The notes beneath the pieces are model-generated. The model was not told where the DNA came from, ran no database searches, and saw nothing but the letters and a program-made list of their open reading frames with translations. Both the position numbers and the translations under genes were made by a program. A stretch of 63,251 bases of DNA, counting the filler, from Thraustochytrium aureum (taxonomy: Eukaryota): the NCBI GenBank assembly GCA_012862495.1. It is 5 parts of 4 records of this genome, joined end to end, with 100 filler letters (N's around TTAATTAATTAA, not from the genome) between each part and the next. Parts side by side here need not be neighbours in the genome. Positions count along the whole stretch, not along the records: positions 1 to 21,400 come from BLSG01000080.1; 4 more parts are not named here. One strand, given 5' to 3'. Below, piece after piece: positions 1-12,932 of this stretch; the first letter of the stretch is position 1; each line of letters opens with the position of its first letter.

Positions 1-3000
1 GTAGCAGGTGTGCGGCGGGGTGGGTGGGAGGGCGGCGGGCAGGCGGCGGGCGGGCGAGGGATGTGGAACGAGTGTGGCGAGAGTGGGCAGTTTCGCCCAC
101 CCCTGGCGGAGAGAACGCAGTGAGTGCGGCGCGGAGTGACTCGGAGTGCAAGGGCAGCGATGCCCGGTGTGCGCTCCTCCTTCTGGCACCGCGGCTGGAG
201 GAGTAGGTGAGTGGAGTACCTTCCTACTCTACTCTACTACCTACCGGTACTGGTTTGCCGATTGAAAACCAGCCTGAGCGTTTTCCTTTATCCGATTTCA
301 GCTGCATCCGGCATCTACAGTAGCTAGCTAAGAGAGAGCTACGAGTAGGTAGAGGTGCTTCTCCTTCCGCGCCGCAGGCAGCCGTCAGCGAGTCAGTCAA
401 CTTGACGCCTGCGGTCGGCGGATGTTGAGAGGGCACGTGCCAGATTCAGCGCCGTGATCATCTCACTCTCCCTTCGCGTTCTCCATTCGCATTCGAATTC
501 AGAATTCAGAGCGCAGAATGCGCACACACTCGCCGTGTAGGTACTAGTATCCCGCACGCACAAACGACGGTGTTCAGCTCCTTGTTCGCCGTTGAAAGAA
601 CCACGAGAACCGCGGTGTACGAACGCACAACCCGGATCGTGTTTGTTTGCAAGTGCTTTGTCATGGCGGACCCCGAACGAGATGCGCTTGTGGCGATGAC
701 TCGCAAGGCTGCGTGCCGGTTTTGAGCTTGACATCTTGGGTCTGCCTGGCGCGCCAAGTTGTGGTCTGCGAGCCGCGAGCCGGTCGCTGTCGCGGAACAC
801 GTTGCAGAACATATGGTGACGCTCTTCAGAAGAAGAAAAGGGCATCAGGACGGAACCTAGCGGTGCACCTGCGTCGCATGAGTTACGTGCCGGAGGCCTT
901 CTGCGAGCCTCGCGCACGTGATTGGAACTCAACCGGGCGAACGCAACGCGCAGTTGAACGCGATGAAGAGAGCAGCGAAAATTTCCCGGGCAATGCCTTC
1001 CGATACCCAGCGCGCATGGCACGGTTTGCGTTCGTGCCCTCGTATTTTCTTGCCTTTAAACCAGCTGTTAAAGAGCTTGGAGGCGACCTCCTGACGTGTC
1101 AACCGACCTGCTTGGATGCGTGAGTGTTTTTGTTTTTTTTTGAGAACGCACAAGCTCGTTTTGTCCTGCAGTGCCTTGCGCTCCAGACCATCAACGACGC
1201 CATCAAAGACGCGGGAGCAGGTGGCTGAGCGCGGATCCGGCATGCGCGCGCAGGCAAGCAGGCAGGCAGGCAGGCAGGCCGACGGCGCCTCCACTGCCTG
1301 CGGGCATTGAAAGACATACACGAAATTCACACCAAGTCAACAATTGCGGTATCGTCTTTGTTTCTTGATGGTTCAATCCATGTTGTAGTACCCGGTTACC
1401 TGCGTGAAAGTCGAAGAGCAACCAAAAGTCTGTTCAAAGATGGCGCAATAGTTGCACCAAGCAACGTCTTCGTGGAGCAGCCGGCCCAATGCAACTGCAG
1501 CGTCGAGCTCTATCGCGAAGGGTAGGAATGCCTTGCCAGCGCGGACAATGTGTAAAGAACGTAGTAAATTCAGTTGGTTGAAGGCTGCGTGCGCCGCGCA
1601 AATCGATGGAGCGCGCCGCAGCGGGAATCACTAAAGACTCTACCACTGCGGAGCTCAACACCGCCTGCTCTGCACACCAGCCCTTGANNNNNNNNNNNNN
1701 NNNNNNNNNNNNNNNNNNNNNNNNNNNNNNNNNNNNNNNNNNNNNNNNNNNNNNNNNNNNNNNNNNNNNNNNNNNNNNNNNNNNNNNNNNNNNNNNNNNN
1801 NNNNNNNNNNNNNNNNNNNNNNNNNNNNNNNNNNNNNNNNNNNNNNNNNNNNNNNNNNNNNNNNNNNNNNNNNNNNNNNNNNNNNNNNNNNNNNNNNNNN
1901 NNNNNNNNNNNNNNNNNNNNNNNNNNNNNNNNNNNNNNNNNNNNNNNNNNNNNNNNNNNNNNNNNNNNNNNNNNNNNNNNNNNNNNNNNNNNNNNNNNNN
2001 NNNNNNNNNNNNNNNNNNNNNNNNNNNNNNNNNNNNNNNNNNNNNNNNNNNNNNNNNNNNNNNNNNNNNNNNNNNNNNNNNNNNNNNNNNNNNNNNNNNN
2101 NNNNNNNNNNNNNNNNNNNNNNNNNNNNNNNNNNNNNNNNNNNNNNNNNNNNNNNNNNNNNNNNNNNNNNNNNNNNNNNNNNNNNNNNNNNNNNNNNNNN
2201 NNNNNNNNNNNNNNNNNNNNNNNNNNNNNNNNNNNNNNNNNNNNNNNNNNNNNNNNNNNNNNNNNNNNNNNNNNNNNNNNNNNNNNNNNNNNNNNNNNNN
2301 NNNNNNNNNNNNNNNNNNNNNNNNNNNNNNNNNNNNNNNNNNNNNNNNNNNNNNNNNNNNNNNNNNNNNNNNNNNNNNNNNNNNNNNNNNNNNNNNNNNN
2401 NNNNNNNNNNNNNNNNNNNNNNNNNNNNNNNNNNNNNNNNNNNNNNNTGCTTCTGCTGCTGCGCTGCTGTTGCTGTTTTGGATGCTTGCTTGCGTTCGGG
2501 ATCTGCTGGATGCAGCAGTCTGGTCTGGCACGTCCTGCGTTTTCGTTGCTTGCATTGGCCAAGGTGGCGGAAGGCCATGGAGGTGGTCTGCAGCTCACCA
2601 GACGCGGTGCTGCGACCATTTCAAATCCCAAACATCGTTCTCCGAGTCTTTTCGTCGGCAATTGCACACGCCCAAGAGTTCACTCAATTCCAGTACAGTA
2701 CACTCGCTCGCTCGCTCACCCGGTGGTGCACAAATGGTATGCGGCACAGTGGGAGCGCAAGAGCCGCAGAGGACGTGCGTACCTATCCAATTGCTGCTCC
2801 TCCGCGCCGCTCTCACAAACCGGGGCAACAACGCACGTCACGGTGCTGAGAAAAGCGGTCGAGCGCTTCGCGGAGTTCAGCCCGGTCACGTTGCTGGCTG
2901 AACAGACGATGAGCGCAGGTATTTGGCCAACTCGCAACCAACGCACAAGCGCACACCGCCCACCCCCCACCCGCACACTCGCACGCTCGCTCGCTCGCAC

Positions 3001-3784
3001 ACTCGCGGTGCCGTCTCTCTTCACCAGCGTGCGCGGGATACAAAAATACCCTACCTTCTCTACCTTCTCTACCTTACTCACTCAATCTATCTATCTACCT
3101 ACTCACCATACCTACTCACCATGCACACGAGTCGCGCCAAAATCTGCGTTTCGCCCACGGAGGTAGGCGCATGTTTTCGATGCTCAGGAGGTGAAGTGGG
3201 AGTATGCTTTCTGAAGAGGTAAGATAGGCCTTTGTTTTGTTTTTCTTCCTCCTCTTGGGCAGGGCGTAGGGGGCACCGTGAGCCAATCCGACCGCGTGCT
3301 CCACCGTCTGATAAAACGCGAGTCAAAACGGAAGCTGACTTGGCCGTCAAGAACACGCGATGATACCCCGGAAAACATGAGCTAGTTGTATTTGCACCCG
3401 AGTCCTTGACGCGCGTCGCCGCACCGGCGAGTATCCGCCTCACCCAGGCGTATCTGTTGATGCAATTGCATGTGATTGACTTGGAGGCGTTGTTTTCCCG
3501 TTCTGCCGCGGCGGGCGAGGGCCACGCGTGCCCGCAGTTGGGGAAACTCGTCGCGTTTCGGTGTCTGGAGAGGGTCAGGTTAGGTCAGGTTAGGGTTGAT
3601 CCGCGTGAACGAGTGGTTGCTGGTCTTCGGAAGATCGATCGATCAGCGAGGCGCAAAGGGGACGCCGCGGGCAGTCGGAGAAGCGAAGCGCGCGCGCAAG
3701 GCAGCGCGGCAAGCGAGCGGAGCGAGCGGGAGCGAGCGAGCGAGGAAGGAAGGGGGGAGATAGCGGGAGAGAGAGCGCGGCAAG

Positions 3785-6063
3785 ATGGCCTACTTCGGGC
3801 CGTACTTCCAAAAGCCTGAGAATGTGCTCAAGCGCGCGGAAGACTTTATCAAGATCAACCGCAAGGACCAGGCGCTCGATCTGCTGTTCGAGCTGCTGTC
3901 GCAGCGCAAGTACCGCACGTGGCAGCCCGCGCACGAAGATGTGATGAGAAAGTTCCTCGAGCTGTGCGTGGACTCGCGCAACAACCGCACCGCCAAGGAG
4001 GGCTTGCACCAGTACAGGAAGCTATCGGAAAACCAGGCGCCAACCTCACTCGAGACCGTGATAGAGTACATGCTGGCCCTGGCGGAAGCGCGGTGCAAAA
4101 AGGCCGCTGCCGAGTGCGACAGCAAAGAGTCCGAGGACGTCGAGGACCTCGAAAACGACAAGACCCCCGAGTCGATCCTCCTCGCCTCCGTCACCAGCGA
4201 CAAGAGCAAGGAGCGCACCGAGCGCGAGCACCTCATCCCGTGGCTCAAGTTCATGTGGGAGTCGTACCGCTCGACGCTGGAGATTCTTCGCCACAACCCC
4301 AAGATGCAAAACGTGTACCACCGCACCGCCGCGCGCACCTTCGCCTTCTGCCTCGACTACAAGCGCAACACCGAGTTTCGCAAGCTGTGCGACACGCTGC
4401 GCGCGCACGTCACCAAGTCGCGCGAAACGGAGATGTCGGCCGAGAGCGCCGAGTTTCACCTTGCGACGCGCTTCGAGGCCCTCCGGGTCGCCTCGGTGCT
4501 GCGCCTCTGGAACGAGGGCTTTCGCACCATCGAGGACATCCACGCCATCTTCCAAAAGTCGGACAAGCGGCCTAGCTCGCAGCTCGAGGCGACCTACTAC
4601 CGCAAGCTGACCGAGCTGTTCCTCGTCAGCGAAAACTTCCTCTTCCACGCCTACGCGTACAAGGCCTACTACATGCTCTCTGTGGAGAAGAACAAGAGCC
4701 TCACTCCCGAGGAGAGCCGCATCATGGCCAGCTGCGTGCTCCTCTCGGCCAATGTCCATCCCGCGCAGAACGACAAGGTGGGCACCACCTACGCGCACCG
4801 CGACTCGCAGAAGAAGAAGAACCGCAAGATGGCCCACCTCCTCGGCTTCGACATCAACCCCAAGCGCAAGTCCATCCTGCAGGACCTCCTGGACCAGGAG
4901 ATCCTCGACGTTGTCCAGGGCGACGTCCGCGAGATCTACATGCTCCTCGAGTGCACCTTTGCCCCGCTCGACCTCGTCTCGCGCGTCGTGCCCCTCTTCG
5001 ACAAGCTCCGCGCCAGCAAAAAGCTCGCCAACTACATCTCCGCGCTCGAGAAGCTCCTCATCGTGCGCGTCGTCACCCAGCTCGCGCAGGTCTTCTACTC
5101 GGTGCGCCTCGACACGCTCGAGAGCCTCCTCGCGCCGCTCAAGACGCCCTTCCTCGAAATCGAAAACACCATCATCAGGGCCATCAAGGCGCGCCAAATC
5201 GACGCCCACTCGGTGCGCATCGACCACATGGCCGGCTGCGTTCNNNNNNNNNNNNNNNNNNNNNNNNNNNNNNNNNNNNNNNNNNNNNNNNNNNNNNNNN
5301 NNNNNNNNNNNNNNNNNNNNNNNNNNNNNNNNNNNNNNNNNNNNNNNNNNNNNNNNNNNNNNNNNNNNNNNNNNNNNNNNNNNNNNNNNNNNNNNNNNNN
5401 NNNNNNNNNNNNNNNNNNNNNNNNNNNNNNNNNNNNNNNNNNNNNNNNNNNNNNNNNNNNNNNNNNNNNNNNNNNNNNNNNNNNNNNNNNNNNNNNNNNN
5501 NNNNNNNNNNNNNNNNNNNNNNNNNNNNNNNNNNNNNNNNNNNNNNNNNNNNNNNNNNNNNNNNNNNNNNNNNNNNNNNNNNNNNNNNNNNNNNNNNNNN
5601 NNNNNNNNNNNNNNNNNNNNNNNNNNNNNNNNNNNNNNNNNNNNNNNNNNNNNNNNNNNNNNNNNNNNNNNNNNNNNNNNNNNNNNNNNNNNNNNNNNNN
5701 NNNNNNNNNNNNNNNNNNNNNNNNNNNNNNNNNNNNNNNNNNNNNNNNNNNNNNNNNNNNNNNNNNNNNNNNNNNNNNNNNNNNNNNNNNNNNNNNNNNN
5801 NNNNNNNNNNNNNNNNNNNNNNNNNNNNNNNNNNNNNNNNNNNNNNNNNNNNNNNNNNNGGTGAACGTGGTGGCTTTGGCGGCGGCCGCGGCGGCTTTGG
5901 TGGAGACCGCGGCGGCTTTGGCGGCGATCGCGGCGGCTACGGCGGAGATCGGGGTGGTCGCGGTGGCGATCGGTTTGCGGGCGCAGAGCGCGGCGGTCGC
6001 GAGTCGAGCCGCGGCACTTTTGGCCGGCCAGGGGCGAGCGACGCTGAAAGGTGGCGCCGTTAG
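3785..6063 (+). CDS. EIF3A: Eukaryotic translation initiation factor 3 subunit A (gap 5244-5859 inside)
   Basis: The N-terminus [42 protein letters not shown] and [16 protein letters not shown] are typical eIF3a motifs, and a PCI region ends at VRIDH. After the gap an RGG/DRGG-rich tail (frame of ORF 4951..6063) ends WRR-TAG at 6063. Confidence 0.95.
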
Positions 6064-6200
6064 AGAGGGTTACCCGTACCCGTGCGGGTACTCGAGCTAG
6101 CTAGAGGGCTGCCAACGAAGATTTTCTACGCAATCAACCTTCCCATTCAACAAAAACAAGCTTTTGATTGGGTGAGCTTACTCTGCACTCTTCATGCGTG

Positions 6201-7814
6201 CTAGTACTGCACCGCCTGCTCCACGGGCGGGGCGCCGCGAAGTCCGCGCAAGTTCTCCCTCGAGATGTAGATCGCGTTCTTCGGCGGGCGGCGCGACACA
6301 TACGGGTAGTCCACTTTGGTAAACATCTTGTCGTGGATCTTGAGCCGCCGCTTTAGCGCAAGCCGCAGGCACTCGCAATACTCGACACCGTCCACCAGGC
6401 AGTCATTCGCAAACTGGCTTTGCTTGGCGTAAAACTTGTTGAGCGACTTGTACTTGCCGTGCTCAAACTCCATGTCGTAGCACCGGCCATCCGGCCAGAA
6501 CAGCAGGCCGCGCCCGTGGGGGCTCCCATCGAGCCACTCGCCGTCGTACTTTGACCCGTTGTCAAACAGCTTAATGCCGTGCCCGCAGTGGAGCCCGTCG
6601 CGCCACAGGCCTTCGTACTTGGTGCCGTCGGGCCACGTCTTCGTACCGTATCCATCCGCTTTGCTGTTCGCCCAACCTCCCTCGTAGCACGTTCCTTCGT
6701 GCGTTTTCACCCCATAGTCTGCCATTCGCCCCTCGCTCCACATGCCAACGTATCTCGCGCCATTTTCCCACTTTTTCTTGCCGAGTCCGTCAGGCTTGCC
6801 GTGCACCCACTCACCAGAATATTTGGCCCCGTTTGACCAGCGAATACGCCCGCGCCCGTGACGGATACCGTTCACCCAGTCTCCGCAAAACTCGTCCCCG
6901 TTCGCCCAATGGAATGTGCCTTTGCCGTGCCTGATACCGTTCACCCACTCGCCGTCGTACCAATCCCCGCAGACCCAGTCGTACCTGCCGATCCCGTTGA
7001 AGTCACCATCCTGCCAAGACCCGCGGTATACGTTTCCATCTGTCCACGTGGTACGTGCCTTGGCCGTGCCTCAAGCCCTGGACCCACTCGCCGTCATACT
7101 GCTCTCCGTCCGGCGACGTCGCGACGCCCTGCCCGTGCGGCACGCCGCGCTCCCACGAACCGATATAAGTCCACACCTCGTCCCCAAACACGATCGAGTA
7201 CTTGCGGGCTTTGGGTGGTGGCCTCTGGAACAGGCTCTTCAGGTCTTGCCGCACGCGGGCTGCGATCGTCGTTGGGTCCTCGGTTTCGCTGCTGCTCGTG
7301 GATTGGTTTCCGTTTTTCGTTCTGCCGCCATCGCGCCTCTTCCGCTTGCTCTGCAAACTCTGCGCAGGGCCCTGATGCTTTGCAGCCCCGCATTTCGCCG
7401 TTGCCTTCTCCAGGCCGGGACTCTTATGCTTGCCCTTGCCTCGGCCGCCGTCCGCGCCTTTAGCGCCCGCACCCAGAAAAGGAAGGAGCCCGCCTTTAGC
7501 GCCCGCTGCGCCAAGCTGTATCATCTCCTCTCGTCCTGGCCCAACATCCAGTCTTGCGTCCTCCTCAAAGACTGGCCCGCGCCCGACCGAGTCTGCTCCG
7601 GCGCCCGCCCCATCGCGGCCATCGCCTCCAGCTTCGTCAACTTGGCCGTCAGCGACGCCCATGCCCACTTTGGGTCTATCCAGCCGCCGCACCGCATTTG
7701 CGGCGCGGTGGCCATCCTTAGACACCGCGGCTATTGCCGTCTTCATTGGCTTCATCTCGGTCGTTCGCACCATCGTCGCCGTGGCATCATCATCAGCCAC
7801 CGCCGCCGCCGCCT

Positions 7815-7854
<40 letters not shown>

Positions 7855-7902
7855 TGATGTTGGCGGCTCTCGGGCCGCAGGCCGTCGCAGAAGACGGCGC
7901 AT
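6201..7902 (-). CDS. MORN-repeat protein (one apparent frameshift near 7050)
   Basis: More than 10 repeats of Y.GEW..G..HG.G...W.DG. Removing one base near 7050 joins ORF 7003..8142 to ORF 6201..6944 (GQGTYTWTDGNVYRGSWQDGDFNGIGRYDWVCGDWYDGEWVNG). The start at ATG 7902 is tentative. Confidence 0.88.
7816..7853. repeat. (GTC)n trinucleotide microsatellite, poly-Thr in the MORN protein N-terminus
   Basis: About 12 consecutive GTC units are directly visible. Confidence 0.9.
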
Positions 7903-9196
7903 CGCTGACCTCCAGTGCGTCAACACGCTCGAACATCTGCTGCACGCTGGCTTGCTGAAGACATCCTGATGATTGATGATGAGAATGGGCGACCGAGTCA
8001 ATTCCGCCAACGCCACAAGGCCTCTCGTTGCATCGAAGCAAGCACAGAAAAACGACAACCAGAAGCGTTCCGCACGGCACGCGGCGGCGCTCTTATTACC
8101 TACTACGCCTGTAAAGCGAGGAGCGCGCTGCGAGTTGCACACGGCTTTGCTTGCAACAGCAGACGCCTGTGTCTTTGTAGCTCAAACCCTAATGTAGTGC
8201 GCCGCGTCCTGTAGGCGTGAAACCCCTACGAGAGATCCGTTAGGTGTGGAGGGAAACGGATCCCTGGAGTGCTGCTGTGCGAGCGCCTTTTCGAGGTGTG
8301 GTTTTGGCCAATGGCGAGCCCGTGTGGCGAGCGAGTCGGGCATCCTGGTGCTGTAGGCGATTCGCGAACAGCGCAGGGCTGGCCCGCTGTCTCCGTTTTT
8401 TAAAATTACCTTTAGCTGCTTTGCTGCGAAGGGTGTCGGTTGGCTTCGAGGCGGCTTTCGGCCTTTGCTGCGTCTTTGGCTTGTTGGCGGTCGACAACAT
8501 GCTTGGAAGCTGAAAGAAAGCAACTCGGACCCGCCTCACACGGCACGGCCGCAATGCACAGCGAACGCGAGCGAGCGAGGAGGCGTTTAGGTGTTTTTGA
8601 TGCCAGGGTTGACGGTCGAGGGCAACCTGTTGACGGGTTGAGAGGTCATCACGTTGGACGGCGCACCCTTGACCTCATGGCCGCTTCAAGAGCTCGATCT
8701 GCTGGTCGACGCGGCACGTCGGTACACCGAGAAACTTGTCCAAGTATCGGTTGAGCTGCTCGTTCCTCCTCTCGAGAAAAACGCGCTCCCCCTCGCAGCA
8801 AACCAACCACAAGCGCGGAAAGCCGCGCAGCATCCGAGCAGCTCAGCTCAGCACGCGTCTGACCATCAAAGCTACTTGAAGAATAGACGCAGCAGGTGCG
8901 GCAGCGGCAGCGGCGGCGATCGCGGCGGTTGCGGTGGTTGAGGTGCCGCCACGTGCAAACGACTGCGGTGTCGCGGGCCGTCCTACCGGGTCGTATTCGC
9001 GCTGCCGAATACCCCGAGCGGATCTCGCACTAGTGTGCCGAGCCGCTGGCGTGCATGCTTCGCTGGCCCGAGCGCGGCGTTGAAACTTAGCTATCCTTCA
9101 CGGCGCTGACCAAGCGAAAGACCGCTCGGGGCGGTCTCTCCCCGCCGCGGCGGGGAGAGCCACGTCAACCCATCCGATTCGATTGCCAAACCAGCG

Positions 9197-12100
9197 ATGA
9201 CTCCGCAGCAAGGTGAAGGTCAGTCTGGCGCCGACGGCGCTGTAGAACTGGCCACCGGCGGCGAGGCGCCCCATCCAAAGGCTGAGCCAGGGCCAGGGGA
9301 GGCGGCAAGTATTGTTGAGGAGCAGCCGGTGTCAAGCGCACCGCAGCCTTCAATCGCTGGCGGATTCAAGCGCAGCTCTCAGAATTCAGCAGCCGCTTTA
9401 AAGACGCTCAGCACGGTGCAATCGCCCGCTCGCGAGCCGGACAACAACACGCACGCCCCGCCAAGCTCCGCAGGGCACGCACTCGATCCGCCAACGTCCA
9501 GCCGTAGCGAGGTACACGCACCAGGACAAGCAGCCCCCGGCGCGACAGGAAGCGGATCCAACTTCAGGACCCGCCTAGAGCAGTTCTGCGTCCTGTTTGA
9601 CAACCATATTACGGGGATTGCCACGCTCAAAGCGTTTATGGCAGACCGAAAGCGCCATTCAGGCCATGACTCCCTTGCTCGGGACCCCGGCCAGATCGAG
9701 CTTGACACCGGGATCCCCGGCTATCTCGTCACTTACGAAGTTTGGTGCTACCTCCTCCGGGAGGCAATCATCGATCGCCACGCAGCATTTGCGGACGACC
9801 TCGTGCTGTGGCTCGACAGCTTCAGCCTTGCGCACCGCCTGGTCGGTGTCGAGTCCGTCGTGGAGCAAGTTCGCGTCTTTCTGACGCTTCGTAACGCATA
9901 TGGGAGCCGGCTGCTCAGCCGCATGCGCCAATACACAGCGCTTGATATCATAGCACGCCAGCCAATTGGAAGTCTGCTCCCGTTCATGCAGTGCGGAGTC
10001 GATGCGGACGAGTTTGACGAGTGCTCGAAAAAGGTCTTCAACGTTGCGCTATCCAACCTTTTCGATTTTGTCGTGGCTCAGCCAACTCAATCTGCGGCGA
10101 ACAACGCAACACCAACGGGGAAGAAATCAGCATCGTCGAAGAATTCCAATTCCGTCACGCAAGGCGTGGAGGAGGGGTCTCAGCTCTCGTATTCGACAAG
10201 TAGCTTCTCCTCGAACAGCATCGAGTCAGAATCCTCGGACGACGCGTACTCGTCGTCGAGTTCAGACAACGACGAGCAGCCACAAGCGCCCGAGGCGGGA
10301 AGCGACGCAGCGAGCGCATCTGCCACGCACAGCGGAGACACGAATCGACTGGAGCGGCGGCGCAGTGAGTCGAACCGGGTTGGGAACCGCAAAACATTCA
10401 GCTCCCAGTCACTGGTCAACGGCTCACGCAAGCAAGTGAGCGACTCGTACAGCACCATCGGATGCCTTGTGACGGCAGAGGCCCTGCGCCTCGCAGCGAG
10501 CGGGTTTCGCTTCGCAGCGATGGATGCCTTCGATAAAAGGGTGGTCATTACCGCCTTCAAAGATCGCCGGCGCAGGAGCGCCACATACGCTGCTTTTCTC
10601 GCGTATCTGCAAGAAGTCGAGTCGACCGCGAAAATCGTGGCCGACATGGAGGTGCGGTTCCCTGCAGTTGTGAAAACGCTCTTCCGGCACTGCAGGTCCT
10701 ATCCAGCCTCTCTGCCTGTGGCGGAGGCCCTCTACAGCGCAGCGGTGAAACTTGCTACGGTCGCCAACGAATTTGACTACTCGCCAAACATGCGAAACGC
10801 GTTTAGTGAACTTGTGGAGGAAGCAAAACAAGTCATGGACATCGCACAGGATGCTGCAAAGATTATGCTCATGCAGCGAGGAGCCACGTTCGGGAACGCC
10901 ATTGGGACCGAGCGCAACATCCGGCAGTCAAGCAGCGGGATCCCGCACTCCTCGAGTCTGGCCAGCGGGTTTGGACGCAGCAGCGCCGAGCTCGCCGCAT
11001 TGCACAGTGAGCTTCCAGGGCAACCTGCAGACTCTAGTGACTCGTTCGGGCCAACATCCCGGAGGTATGATAGCGACTACTTCAACTTGGCCCCGCCCAA
11101 CACCCCCGTCGCTGTTGTTCGCGAAATCTGGCTGCAGATCGATCCCAGCGCGGAATCGGCGCAGAGCAACAACCCAGACGTTGTCGGCGAAGACGAGTTG
11201 ACATCACAGTTCGCGGGCACCTTCCGTGTGTACAAAAACCGCATCACCTGGACAATGGTCAGTCCACCAAATTGGATGAACAACAGTCTCGAAGCAAGAC
11301 CGCCCCGGGGCGCCTACCAGATGCCCGGAGGTGACCTCGAGTCCTCAAGCGTCCCTGATCCTAAACCTGCTCCAAACGTCGCGCGCCGTGCGTTCGAGGT
11401 CATTTCGAGGTCGTCTTCGCGCACGTCGAAGAGGGGATCGGGGATGGTTCAGCCAGACGACAAGCAGAGCGCACACGATGACACCACGGTGGACGAGGAG
11501 AAGGGGGATGGCGAAGAAGATGAAGCAACGAAACCGTTCGCTGTCTACCATGCAATCTCGAAGCCCACGCCTGGCGACGAACAGGAGCACGATGAGATCG
11601 CACGGAACGCGACTGTTGGCGCAGGGTCTGCCGAAGGAGGCGTCGAGAGAATCACCACACCAATCTCAAAGCACCCGTTTCGCAACCTCGACGCAAAATC
11701 CGCTCAAAACGCTTCGTCGCTCGCCGTTCTCGATCCCGTCGGAGGTGCACTACGCAATTCGGTCTCGCTCATGACGGGCGAGGCCGCGCATGAAGTCTCG
11801 GACTCGCTCTTTTCCATCCCGATATCCCAGATCCGCAGGTACACATGGGGCCCGCTTGACAATGCAAACGCGTACTTGGCAGTCTACACCACGGAGGTGA
11901 TCAAGCTCTTCCCGTTCTCCTCCAAAGAGATGCAGGAGCTCATCAAGGCGATGCATGACTTGACAGGAATGAAGCCGACCACAGTGGGATCCCACTATGA
12001 GAACGGATTCAAGCAGAAACTGGAGGACGTCCGCCTGCGTATCCTCGACGAAAACATCCTCACCAAGAAGACCAAGTGGATCTCTCACACCGAGGAGCTG

Positions 12101-12689
12101 CTCCACGTGCTTCGCGACCTCACCAAGGACGACAGCCCCATTAAAATGGTGGAGATGGAGCGCTTGTACCACTCGTGCCGGAATAACAAGGCTGTTGTGT
12201 ATGAGTCGATGAGCATTCTCAAAGAGATCTGGTCGCACGCCAAGACGCAANNNNNNNNNNNNNNNNNNNNNNNNNNNNNNNNNNNNNNNNNNNNNNNNNN
12301 NNNNNNNNNNNNNNNNNNNNNNNNNNNNNNNNNNNNNNNNNNNNNNNNNNNNNNNNNNNNNNNNNNNNNNNAAAGAGATCTGGTCGCACGCCAAGACGCA
12401 AGACACGATGATGAAGATACTGGCCATCGTGGACAGGTTTCTGGACGGGGACATCCTGAACGGCGACGACGAGATCCTCTCCGACACCCTCAAGTGGCTT
12501 CACATGATTGAGACTACTTTGGACCCCTACTCGAACGCGACGCCGCTCAAGGTGCTGCTCAAGGTCTGCCACCGCGCAGAGAGCCTGCAAGGCCAGACAA
12601 TCGTGCCGCTCGTTGAGATATTTTACGATGAGACCGTATTTGACCACCGCGCCACGTTTGCCTCCTACATCGCGCGCCACGCCTCGTGA
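9197..12689 (+). CDS. Large hypothetical protein (~1110 aa), possible split PH/GRAM-like domain and helical C-terminus
   Basis: Long open frame from ATG 9197. The 30 nt before the 12251-12371 gap are repeated after it, so the frame continues ...KEIWSHAKTQDTMMKILAIVDRF... to TGA 12689. Confidence 0.75.
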
Positions 12690-12932
12690 GGGAGACCCGG
12701 CTGACAACGCCGCCTCCGCCAGACCGTGTTGTAGCTGGTTGATCATGGACAACCAGAAAGAGAGAAAGACAATGGGAACCAAATTCATTCTTGATTGAAA
12801 AAACGAAAAGCCTCTAGGTATCATTGCAACGCGGGGCGCAGCACAGCTCGTTTGTGCCGACGACGCACCAGCAAAAGCGCAACCGTCCGGGCGTGCGCAA
12901 CAATAACTGAGTTGCACAAACACATGCAAGCG

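Noticed and set aside
1..3400. Short ORFs and G-rich runs at the window start
   Set aside because: There are no recognisable protein motifs, the frames are interrupted by stops, and the region contains microsatellites and a gap. It is treated as intergenic or unidentifiable.
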